Shown here: positions 48,153 to 56,966 of the stretch, piece after piece
Layout: each line of letters starts with the position of its first letter
Position numbering within the stretch: the first letter of the stretch is position 1
Notes under the pieces: model-generated
Told to the model about the DNA's origin: nothing
Databases searched by the model: none
The model's input: the letters and a program-made list of their open reading frames with translations, nothing else
Translations under genes and position numbers: made by a program
Origin: Bacteroidota bacterium
GTDB taxonomy: Bacteria; Bacteroidota; Bacteroidia; JABEUT01
Direction of reading: 5' to 3'
NCBI GenBank assembly: GCA_013285655.1
Contig: JABDHI010000004.1
Location: forward strand, 7,772 to 71,771
Length of the DNA stretch: 64,000 bases

Positions 48153-48164
48153 GGGCTTGCAATT

Positions 48165-50087
48165 ATGAGTAACCCTAAGGTTAAGCAACTTGAGAGTAAT
48201 ATGCTGGATGCTATACTAACTACCCCCCAAAAGGCAAAGCGTGTTATAGTTATAGCCTGTGTATTGCTGTATGCCCAAATATTGTGGTTTGGCCTTGTTC
48301 ACCTCGATGATTATGGTTTTGTGCAATGGGGTACTGATTTGCTCAGGCTATCGAATATTCCCAAATTTTTTACTCACGATGTGTTTTGGGTACTGGGCGA
48401 CCGACATAAATTCAGCGGCTTCTTTTATCGCCCTTTGCAAGACGTAGCATATTCTATTTGTAATGCAGTATCGCCGGGGCATGTATGGGCATACCATTTA
48501 ATGAGCCTGCTTTTGCACATAGCTACTTCGGTAGCCTTGTTTAACCTGCTTAAAGAACTGGGTTATAAAGTACAAGCTTGTTTGGTGTTTGCATTGTTGT
48601 ATGCAGTCCACCCTGTATTAACCGAGGCCGTTGCCTGGATAGGCGGGGTGGGTGACCAGTTAGCTGCATTGTTCTCTATACTATCTGTTACTTATTTTAT
48701 AAAGCTGGTAAAGGCAGAGGGCGTATTAAATATAAAGTACTTGCTCATACATATCATTGCATTTATAGGTGCCATGTTCTCGAAAGAGATATGTATTGGG
48801 CTCATCCCAGTATGCCTGTTCTTGTTTTTTATGTTTCGTAAAGGCAAAGCAATAAATAGTGTTGTAATACCTGCACTGGCATGGTTTGTAATTATTGCGG
48901 CATACTTGCTTGCCCGTAATAATGCTATACCACCAACTAAGGTCAATTTTGTTTTGGCAGTTCTCGAATCATTCCGTATGAATGCCTTTATTGTGTTTGA
49001 ATACATTGAGAAAATGTTTTTACCATACCGGTTAAGTCCAGCAGTAACTCGACCGGATGCGCACTTTGTGTTAGGAGCTATACTATCAATTACTTTATTA
49101 GTTCTGTTATTTATGCGCAAGCGTTTTACTATTATGGCTGTATTGGGTTTGGTATGGTTCCTTGTCTTTTTGTTGCCGGCATTTATTGAGTTATATCCTA
49201 ACGAGCCTTTTTATGCATTCGAGCATCGTATGTATCTGCCAATGATTGGTATGCTAATTGTTGTAATGGAATTGATGAATATAAACAACATTAATATAAA
49301 TACTCAGCCTTATAAATATGGCTTTGGCGCAGTTATTGTCGTTTTCTTTTTAATCGGGTTTTCGTATGGCCGCAGTTACCGCAACCCTAACGTGTTTTAC
49401 GAACGTGCAATTGCAGGCTCACCAAGCTCAGTAATTATTTACAATACCCGTGCTGAGGTATTGTTGGATGAAAACAACTATGCTGAAGGAATAGAGGCTT
49501 ACAAAAAGAGTTTCGAATTCAGGAAGGATCCGGCTACTTCGGGTAAAATAGCTTACATATATCAGAAGAACTTAAACGACCCTTTACATGCTATTGAATG
49601 GTTTAAGACAACCTTTAGTATCGATACCAATTCGGTGCCGGCAGCAGTGTGCATAGCCGATAATTATATGAACCTGGTAAAAGATACTGCCAATGCCGGT
49701 GTTTGGTATAACAGGGCGCTAAAAATTGATGATAAGAATGTATTTGCTTTGGTAGGTATTGGCATTATAAACCTGAATAACGGACACGTACCAATGGGCA
49801 GAGGAATGATATTACAAGCACTGGCAATTGATTCAACTAACCTGACAGGATTTATGAACCTTGCCATTTCGTACTACAAGGAAGGAAATATATTAATGGC
49901 TATTACCTATCTGAATAAAGCCTATTATTTTGCCCCCGATGATGCCAATGTGCAACGCAACCTGATGATATGTTATTACAGGATAAACGATTATACCTTA
50001 ACCCAAAAGTTTGCAGCTTTATGCGCACAGAGACACAACCCCATACCACAAGAGATCATAAATTATTTGAATAGCAGAGTGAAATAA
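48165..50087 (+). CDS. polytopic membrane protein with C-terminal TPR repeats (GT-C / TMTC-like putative protein O-glycosyltransferase)
   Basis: N-terminal multi-TM domain with 'LVHLDDYGFV...LSNIPKFF...FYRPLQD', paralleling the 59645 gene. The C-terminal third is TPR-like. ATG at 48165 preferred over the tracked TTG at 48150. Confidence 0.55.
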   Translation: MSNPKVKQLESNMLDAILTTPQKAKRVIVIACVLLYAQILWFGLVHLDDYGFVQWGTDLLRLSNIPKFFTHDVFWVLGDRHKFSGFFYRPLQDVAYSICNAVSPGHVWAYHLMSLLLHIATSVALFNLLKELGYKVQACLVFALLYAVHPVLTEAVAWIGGVGDQLAALFSILSVTYFIKLVKAEGVLNIKYLLIHIIAFIGAMFSKEICIGLIPVCLFLFFMFRKGKAINSVVIPALAWFVIIAAYLLARNNAIPPTKVNFVLAVLESFRMNAFIVFEYIEKMFLPYRLSPAVTRPDAHFVLGAILSITLLVLLFMRKRFTIMAVLGLVWFLVFLLPAFIELYPNEPFYAFEHRMYLPMIGMLIVVMELMNINNININTQPYKYGFGAVIVVFFLIGFSYGRSYRNPNVFYERAIAGSPSSVIIYNTRAEVLLDENNYAEGIEAYKKSFEFRKDPATSGKIAYIYQKNLNDPLHAIEWFKTTFSIDTNSVPAAVCIADNYMNLVKDTANAGVWYNRALKIDDKNVFALVGIGIINLNNGHVPMGRGMILQALAIDSTNLTGFMNLAISYYKEGNILMAITYLNKAYYFAPDDANVQRNLMICYYRINDYTLTQKFAALCAQRHNPIPQEIINYLNSRVK

Positions 50088-50090
50088 GGT

Positions 50091-51533
50091 TTACTTTTTG
50101 CTTTTCACATTCAACACTACAAGCTCGTTCCAACTATCCGCAATAGTGCAGTTAAACTTGCTCAATACATAGTTCTTGATAGTGTCGTTAGCCGCTATCA
50201 GCATTGTCGGGGCTTGAATGGCTGACGTGTCTGCTATTTTTATCTGCTGGCCCTTATCCTGTAGTTTATATTTATAAAACAGCATGGGTCCTAAGTAACT
50301 ATTATCGCAAATGGTATAATTGTTAAAATTAGCACCCTGTTTTTCTTTTTCAAATAAGTAATCTTCCACTCTTTCAATTTTCCTGTCGCCTGGCTTCCTG
50401 TCGTTATCATGCGACTGCTTGATTGCAAAGTATATCGGGATGGAGAATACAATGATAATTGCTAATGGCATTGTTGCTTTTGAAGGATCAAATGCTGGTA
50501 AGTTTTGCAGGCAATAGTAAATGGCATAACCGGTTACAATTGCTAGATAAGGGTAAAGCGGCATATCATACCATTCGAGCTTGGTAACGGAATAAGATAT
50601 GATAAATAGGTATACTGTTATTAGCGATATGCACCAAATGAAAATGGTCTTATTATGGAACATGGCTTTATGTTTCCAGAGTAAAATTGCGCCTACTATA
50701 AAAATAGCAACCCAACATGAAAACCGATAATTATATAAATTATTGAAATAGAAATCGAACGGCTCTTTATGAAGGTCTATAATAGCGAATAACCGTGATG
50801 CATCGTTGTTAATAATGTTGCTAATATAATTTGGGTCATATACTTGACGCGATAGAATAAAAAAGCCTGCAATAAGTAAAAATGCCAGTTTGCCTAAGTA
50901 CAGCCCTTTTAGGGAAAAAGCCGGGATGAATTTCTTTTGATAAACTACAATGAACAGGTGTGCCGGAACGAACAAAAGGGCGGCTACGCTTTTGGCACCA
51001 AAGGCTAAGGCAAGGAACAAGAAATAAAGAAAAACATTTCGGCTTTTGTTCTCTTCAGAATTTATGAAATAGAAAAAGTAAATATTCGATAGGAATAAGA
51101 ATAAATTCAATATAGCATCAGCATCTCCTGTACGGGAAGTATGAAAATGCACAAACCCAATACTTGTAATAAGAATTAAAAACGAACACCAAGCCCATAA
51201 AGTTGAACCTGATTTTTTTATGAATACAAACAAGAAGTAAGCGATTAAGATTCCGGCTATAGCAGACGGTAATCTTATTGCAAGCTCATTATATCCTAAT
51301 ATGGTTACAAACAGCATTTGTATCCAGCGTGTCAACAAAGGCTTGGTTGTTAGGTTATCAATACCTCCATTAAAATAAGGCACAAAGTAGTGATGGCCGT
51401 GCAGCATTTCATAAACGTTAACTGCATAGGTCGACTCGTCCCAAGGTCGGATAGAAAAACTGTCGAGCCTTAATAGGAATACTAGGTATAGTAAAACACC
51501 CAATACAATAAAACTAATGACTTTACCCTTCAA
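50091..51533 (-). CDS. glycosyltransferase family 39/83-like (ArnT/PMT-type GT-C) membrane protein
   Basis: 'RPWDESTYAVNVYEML...TKPLLTRW' is the typical ArnT/PMT first-loop motif. 480 aa, polytopic. Confidence 0.75.
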   Translation of the reverse strand: MKGKVISFIVLGVLLYLVFLLRLDSFSIRPWDESTYAVNVYEMLHGHHYFVPYFNGGIDNLTTKPLLTRWIQMLFVTILGYNELAIRLPSAIAGILIAYFLFVFIKKSGSTLWAWCSFLILITSIGFVHFHTSRTGDADAILNLFLFLSNIYFFYFINSEENKSRNVFLYFLFLALAFGAKSVAALLFVPAHLFIVVYQKKFIPAFSLKGLYLGKLAFLLIAGFFILSRQVYDPNYISNIINNDASRLFAIIDLHKEPFDFYFNNLYNYRFSCWVAIFIVGAILLWKHKAMFHNKTIFIWCISLITVYLFIISYSVTKLEWYDMPLYPYLAIVTGYAIYYCLQNLPAFDPSKATMPLAIIIVFSIPIYFAIKQSHDNDRKPGDRKIERVEDYLFEKEKQGANFNNYTICDNSYLGPMLFYKYKLQDKGQQIKIADTSAIQAPTMLIAANDTIKNYVLSKFNCTIADSWNELVVLNVKSKK

Positions 51534-51625
51534 GTGGAGAGCTGGTTTGAATGTAAATATACTAAATTGTTGATTGGGAAGGCGGTGATTTATAAGCCTG
51601 CTTTAACCGACACAGGTATTTCAAT

Positions 51626-51633
51626 TATCTTTG
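51626..51633 (+). promoter_or_regulatory. candidate -7 promoter box (TATCTTTG) for the MBOAT operon
   Basis: Exact TAnnTTTG match 47 nt upstream of the ATG at 51681. Confidence 0.3.
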
Positions 51634-51680
51634 TTATAACGCTTATCTCATTTTTTTTAATAAACCCTTAGGACTGCTAA

Positions 51681-53168
51681 ATGCTGTTTAATTCTATTCA
51701 GTTTCTTTTTTTCTTTCCTATTGTTACCCTTATTTATTTTTTGCTGCCTCATAAATGGCGATGGTTGCATTTGTTAGTTGCTAGTTGTGTTTTTTATATG
51801 GCTTTTATACCGGTGTATATACTTATACTGGTGTTTACCATTGTTATAGATTATATAGCAGGGATACTAATAGAGAATGCAGTCGGCAAAAAGCGAAAAT
51901 GGTTTTTAACCATGAGCATTATTGCCAATGTGGGTGTATTGTGCGTGTTTAAGTATTATAATTTTTTTGTGAATAATATCGATGAGCTATTGAAGTCATT
52001 TAATATTAACACGCATCCGATACCGTTACTAAATATAATTCTGCCATTGGGCTTGTCGTTCCACACTTTTCAGGCTATGAGCTACACCATTGAGGTGTAT
52101 AGGGGCAACCAAAAAGCTGAACGCCATTTTGGTATATATGCGCTGTACGTTATGTTCTACCCGCAATTGGTTGCAGGCCCCATCGAGAGGCCACAGAATC
52201 TGCTTCACCAGTTTCGAGAAGAGCATAGGCCTGAGCCTAATAACATTACCGAAGGCCTTAGGCTAATGCTTTGGGGTATGTTTAAAAAAGTAATTATTGC
52301 CGATAGGCTAGCAATACTAACCGTACCTGTTTTTAATAATCCGCACAACTATCCGGGTATATCGTTACTGATAGCTACTATCATGTTTTCCTTTCAAATT
52401 TTTTGCGATTTTTCCGGATACTCTGATATTGCCCTGGGTTCGGCTAAGGTTATGGGTTTTACCTTAATGAAGAATTTTAACTGGCCTTATGTGTCGAGAA
52501 GCATGTCGGAATTTTGGAAGCGCTGGCACATATCACTTTCAACATGGTTTAAAGACTACCTGTATATATCATTGGGAGGTAACCGTGTTTCGGTGCCAAG
52601 GTGGTATTTTAATCTGTTCTTTGTGTTTTTGGTAAGCGGTTTTTGGCATGGTGCCAACTGGACCTTTATTGCATGGGGTGCCTTGCACGGGTTTTACCTT
52701 GTTTTTGCAATAGTTACTCAAAATACGGGTACTAGACTTTCTTCTGCTATCGGCCTCAATAATAATTCGTGGGTACACAAAGTAGGGCATGCTGTTATAA
52801 CCTTTGGCCTGGTTGCTTTTGCCTGGATCTTTTTCAGGGCAAATACCATTGCCGATGCGTGTTTTATTATTCGCAAAATACCATCTGCTTTTAACGACCT
52901 GTTGGTAACTATCCACACGCACCGGTTAGGGCTTTGGAATATATGGGCGATAAAAGGAGTAAGAAGCCCTCAGTACCTCGTTATAAGTTTTGGCCTAATA
53001 TGCTTTATACAACTATTGGCAATTAAAAAAGTGCGTTATAAGCTAATATCTGTTTTTAAAAGAATGCCTTTTGTAGTAAGGTTATTTGTCTATTACCTTG
53101 TGGCATTAGTCATAATACTTTCGTTTATAGATACTGCACCCACATCATTTATATACTTCCAGTTTTAA
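51681..53168 (+). CDS. MBOAT family O-acyltransferase (AlgI/DltB/PatA-like)
   Basis: 'EFWKRWHISLSTWFKDYLYISLGGNR' and 'SGFWHGANWTF' (conserved MBOAT His). 495 aa, polytopic. Confidence 0.9.
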   Translation: MLFNSIQFLFFFPIVTLIYFLLPHKWRWLHLLVASCVFYMAFIPVYILILVFTIVIDYIAGILIENAVGKKRKWFLTMSIIANVGVLCVFKYYNFFVNNIDELLKSFNINTHPIPLLNIILPLGLSFHTFQAMSYTIEVYRGNQKAERHFGIYALYVMFYPQLVAGPIERPQNLLHQFREEHRPEPNNITEGLRLMLWGMFKKVIIADRLAILTVPVFNNPHNYPGISLLIATIMFSFQIFCDFSGYSDIALGSAKVMGFTLMKNFNWPYVSRSMSEFWKRWHISLSTWFKDYLYISLGGNRVSVPRWYFNLFFVFLVSGFWHGANWTFIAWGALHGFYLVFAIVTQNTGTRLSSAIGLNNNSWVHKVGHAVITFGLVAFAWIFFRANTIADACFIIRKIPSAFNDLLVTIHTHRLGLWNIWAIKGVRSPQYLVISFGLICFIQLLAIKKVRYKLISVFKRMPFVVRLFVYYLVALVIILSFIDTAPTSFIYFQF

Positions 53169-53169
53169 C

Positions 53170-54180
53170 ATGAGGTACATATTGCTAAAAATAGTCCTGC
53201 TGTTGTTCCTGGTAATGTTTACGTTCCATTGGGTAAGTACGTATTGTTCATCTAACTATGGTAATTATGTGTATGCAATGCGCGATAAACATAAAAGAGC
53301 CAATGCATTGCCATCACCCAAGCTTATATTAGCAGGAGGTTCTTCGCTTGCATTTGGTATCAATTCAAAAATGATACAGGATAGCTTGCATATACCGGTT
53401 GCCAATTTGGGCCTTCACGCAACCTTGGGTATTGCCTTTGAGTTAGCACAAGCCGAAATGGTAGCTAAAAAAGGAGATAAGGTAGTATGGTCGTTTGAGT
53501 ATTATGTAAGCGATAAAGAGGCGATTGATGGAGGGAATGCTACCAAAGTATTGGGTTACGATGCTATGCCCGGTATTTATGATTTTTTGACACCGATGGG
53601 CAAGCTTAATTTTTTCCAGCTTAAGTACCTTTACCTTACCGGGGTTAATAAAGAAATGCATTACATACACCAGGGTGAAACGCAAGCGCCACGGCCGTTA
53701 AAATGGTTAAGTAATATAGCTGTTCTTCTTCCGGGCGATGTTCATAGTATTACAGTTGATTCGGCTACCGATGTGTACATACGCCGATCGTTCGATGAAA
53801 ATGGCGATATAAAATCAAGCCTGATTGAGGGGCACTTAAAGGAACTGGGTGATAATATGAAACACAACCAGGGCTATAAGGATGAAATAGAAATTATAAA
53901 TGAGTATGCCGATAGGTTAAAAGCCAAGGGTGTTGATGTGTATTATCTATTTCCTCCGTTTGATGTGAGTCAGCGCGAAAAAGATGGCACGATGCTCGAT
54001 ACTATTGAAGCTGAATACAGAAAGGGGCTTCACATTCCTATACTTAATTCGGTAGATGACGCATATTACCCCGATAGCCTGTTTTATAATACCGTTTACC
54101 ACCTTAATGCTACTGGCAGGCAACAAAATACACTAAAATTAATAGCAGATCTTAAACCTGTGATAAAGAACCCAAAATAA
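53170..54180 (+). CDS. membrane-anchored partner of the MBOAT protein (SGNH/DltD/AlgJ-like, putative)
   Basis: N-terminal TM anchor. 'LILAGGSSLAFG' is block-I-like with a candidate Ser, and 'NTVYHLNATG' is block-V-like with a candidate His. Starts 1 nt after the MBOAT stop. Confidence 0.4.
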   Translation: MRYILLKIVLLLFLVMFTFHWVSTYCSSNYGNYVYAMRDKHKRANALPSPKLILAGGSSLAFGINSKMIQDSLHIPVANLGLHATLGIAFELAQAEMVAKKGDKVVWSFEYYVSDKEAIDGGNATKVLGYDAMPGIYDFLTPMGKLNFFQLKYLYLTGVNKEMHYIHQGETQAPRPLKWLSNIAVLLPGDVHSITVDSATDVYIRRSFDENGDIKSSLIEGHLKELGDNMKHNQGYKDEIEIINEYADRLKAKGVDVYYLFPPFDVSQREKDGTMLDTIEAEYRKGLHIPILNSVDDAYYPDSLFYNTVYHLNATGRQQNTLKLIADLKPVIKNPK

Positions 54181-54192
54181 CTAAAGGTTTAC

Positions 54193-54573
54193 TTAAGCCT
54201 CAGCAATAACCGATATTTCAATATTTACATTTAGGGGTAGGCGAGATACCTGCACAGTTTCGCGGGCAGGGAAATTGCCATTCGGGAAGAATGAGCCGTA
54301 CACTTCGTTAACCTGTGCAAAGTCATCCATATTGGTTAAAAATATGGTGGTCTTTACAATGTTATCGAGCTTCGATTCTGCTTCAACCAGCACACCGCGT
54401 ATGTTTTCCATAACCTTTTGGGTCTCTTCTTTAATATTGGCGGTTACCATATTACCGGTTGAAGGATCTTTTGCTACCATACCCGATACATATATAAGGT
54501 TGCCTGACTTTACGGCTTGGCTATATGGGCCGATTGGGGCAGGAGCGTTTTTTGTTGTGATGATGGTTTTCAT
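54193..54573 (-). CDS. ridA: RidA family reactive-intermediate deaminase (YjgF/TdcF)
   Basis: 126 aa. 'APAPIGPYSQAV', 'LYVSGM' and 'PARETVQVSRLP'. Confidence 0.9.
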   Translation of the reverse strand: MKTIITTKNAPAPIGPYSQAVKSGNLIYVSGMVAKDPSTGNMVTANIKEETQKVMENIRGVLVEAESKLDNIVKTTIFLTNMDDFAQVNEVYGSFFPNGNFPARETVQVSRLPLNVNIEISVIAEA

Positions 54574-54604
54574 AGTTTCTCTAATTATTAGGTTAATTCT
54601 AAAT

Positions 54605-55102
54605 CTATTTAACGTCGGCTATACCGACAGTGATGGTATCTGCCAGTTTGTTAGGTGCTGGTTTTGGTGCTTCTGCCAGGCCTAACAGATCGTGCTTTAT
54701 GGCTTTACTTTTTACTATCATATCTGTAATACTGTCTAACTGGCCACGGTAATACGCAATTTCTTCGTCCTTGCTCTTTAATTGCCCAAGGGCCGCCTGG
54801 CGGCGTTCGTTATATGACTCTGAAAAAGCTATCTCTTTCCGTAAGGTAGCAATATCCAGCTTTTTAAGGCTGTCTCCCTCGCTATGTAATACCTTTTCGC
54901 TATCGGCCAGGGCTATGCTCACCTGGTGTTCTTTGTTCTCCAACTTCTTTACCTTCAAATACTCCGATACATTGGTAACTAAGGTTGTTATTACAATAGT
55001 ACTTAGCCCTGCCAATGCACTGGCGCGTTGTATCCACCCATAACGAAGGTTATTTACTTCGTGCCTTAACTTCTCTCTTTCCAGTTCTTCCTTAGTATGC
55101 AT
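54605..55102 (-). CDS. hypothetical single-pass membrane protein with coiled-coil region
   Basis: 165 aa. One hydrophobic helix ('ALAGLSTIVITTLVTNV'). The remainder is charged and helical. Confidence 0.5.
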   Translation of the reverse strand: MHTKEELEREKLRHEVNNLRYGWIQRASALAGLSTIVITTLVTNVSEYLKVKKLENKEHQVSIALADSEKVLHSEGDSLKKLDIATLRKEIAFSESYNERRQAALGQLKSKDEEIAYYRGQLDSITDMIVKSKAIKHDLLGLAEAPKPAPNKLADTITVGIADVK

Positions 55103-55150
55103 TAATTAAAGAATTTGATTGCCAAAGGTAAAAAGATTGAGGTATTCAGT

Positions 55151-56791
55151 CTATTGCTTCTTACGGATGACCGATATACCCAAAAACAAGAATAGTGGTA
55201 TACATAACCAACAAGCCGCACGGCCCAAATAATCGCCATGGGTAACATAAAAGGTAAGTTCGTTGTTGGCAATAAGGCGTTCGCTAATTGCTGCAGGTTG
55301 CCACCAACCGGTGTGCTGTATAATGTCTCCGGTAGCGTTTATAAAAGCCGATATACCCGTATTGGCAGCGCGGGCAATATTGCGTCGGGTTTCTATAGCC
55401 CGAAGTCGGGCATAGGTAAGGTGTTGTTTATAGCCGGGGGTATCTTGCCACCATCCGTCGTTTGTAATTATAAAAATTAGCTGGGCTCCTTTCTGTACAT
55501 ATTTGCCCACATATTCTCCATAGATCGATTCGTAACAGATGGCAACTCCCACCTTAGTTTGGCTCACAGGATCGGTAAAAATTGAGGGTTCTTTTTGGGT
55601 GCCTAATGTACCTGAAGCGCCACCTAATTTAAAGGCCAGATCGGCAATAGGGCCAAGGAACTTTTGGAAGGGCATTGACTCTACACCGGGTACCAATTTA
55701 CTCTTATGGTAATACTGTAAGTGTTTGTTGTTATTTAACTGAATAGCAGTATTATATGAATCGTAGTATCCGCCACCGTCAATATACTTACGTGCACTCT
55801 CGCTAAGGCTGTCTCCCTTAGCATAATCTCTGTTGGTACTGGCACCAGTTACCAGGCTTAAATGGGGGTGGCGTGCCACGTAGTTTTTAAGTACTTGAAT
55901 GCTACCATTTGCATCCCAATTATTCTCCCAAATGTTGGGGTCGGTTAGGGCAGTTTCGGGGAATACTAAGTAGTCGGTCGCGGTATCGACTTTTGTATCG
56001 GCCAGGCTAAGCATTTTGTTCAGCTGGTTCATATAATCGCCACTGAATTTTTCGTTGTAAGGGTCAATATTGGGTTGAACCACTACCACGTTAACGGCCT
56101 GGTTTTTGCGTTTATCCCCATCAGCCTGGCTGTTCTGGAATCGTTCTAAGGTTATTAGCGATACCACTAAGGGAACAATAATTATAGAAACCGCCGCTGT
56201 GATGAGGTTGCGCTTGGCTTTTTTATCGGCCTTATCTAACCAAATACCGGTTATAAGCCTGATGAAGATAATGTTGGCAATTAGTATCCACAATGAGCCG
56301 CCTAATGCACCCGTATATTCGTACCACTGCACACTATTGGCCCAGTTGGCAAAGCCGTTGCCAAGGGTTAGCCATGGCCAGCTGCATTGCCAGTTCAGGT
56401 GAAAGTACTCGAATGATATCCATAATATTATTAAAGCCGAATAGCCTGTAAGGTTATTGGTCTTCATCCGCACATAATGAAACAGTACTAATACCAGGGT
56501 CATAAAGAGGGCATTGAGTATCATAGCTGCTATACCACCCACAATACTGGCGTTCAATATCCACCAGGTACTTAAAATATTCCAGCTAAGGGTAGTTATA
56601 TAGGCGTACCTGAATAAGGCAAATGCTTTGTAGTTATCCCGTTCGCGGTAAAAGTATTCCTCCACAAAAAGCAGAGGACAAAAGGCTATTAATAGTAAAA
56701 ACGAAAACCCATGAGCAGGCCATCCTGCCCAAAGTAATATGGCGCTTAATAAGGATAGTAAGTAAAGGTGTTTTTTTTGCAGGGTTTTCAC
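55151..56791 (-). CDS. lnt: apolipoprotein N-acyltransferase
   Basis: N-terminal polytopic domain plus a CN-hydrolase domain ('VVVVQPNIDPYNEKF', 'FPETA', catalytic Cys in 'VAICYESIYG'). 546 aa. Confidence 0.85.
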   Translation of the reverse strand: MKTLQKKHLYLLSLLSAILLWAGWPAHGFSFLLLIAFCPLLFVEEYFYRERDNYKAFALFRYAYITTLSWNILSTWWILNASIVGGIAAMILNALFMTLVLVLFHYVRMKTNNLTGYSALIILWISFEYFHLNWQCSWPWLTLGNGFANWANSVQWYEYTGALGGSLWILIANIIFIRLITGIWLDKADKKAKRNLITAAVSIIIVPLVVSLITLERFQNSQADGDKRKNQAVNVVVVQPNIDPYNEKFSGDYMNQLNKMLSLADTKVDTATDYLVFPETALTDPNIWENNWDANGSIQVLKNYVARHPHLSLVTGASTNRDYAKGDSLSESARKYIDGGGYYDSYNTAIQLNNNKHLQYYHKSKLVPGVESMPFQKFLGPIADLAFKLGGASGTLGTQKEPSIFTDPVSQTKVGVAICYESIYGEYVGKYVQKGAQLIFIITNDGWWQDTPGYKQHLTYARLRAIETRRNIARAANTGISAFINATGDIIQHTGWWQPAAISERLIANNELTFYVTHGDYLGRAACWLCIPLFLFLGISVIRKKQ

Positions 56792-56872
56792 AAAGGCAAA
56801 ATAAGGTAAAATACTTGGATGTAAACTCCCATGCTAACTTTTTCATGGCTTTCGTTAGCATCAATATATTAA

Positions 56873-56901
56873 ATAAAAAAGAGGACTGTTATATCCTCTT
56901 C
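56873..56901 (-). terminator. rho-independent terminator after the collagen-like gene
   Basis: Stem 'aagagga' (56879-56885) pairs with 'tcctctt' (56894-56900). On the minus strand the hairpin is followed by a T-run (the A-run at 56874-56880 on the plus strand). Confidence 0.6.
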
Positions 56902-56966
56902 TTTATTATTTATCGCTATGCGGCCATTTAAATTTCAGGAAAGTTCCTGAAAAACTCACAAAGCTT

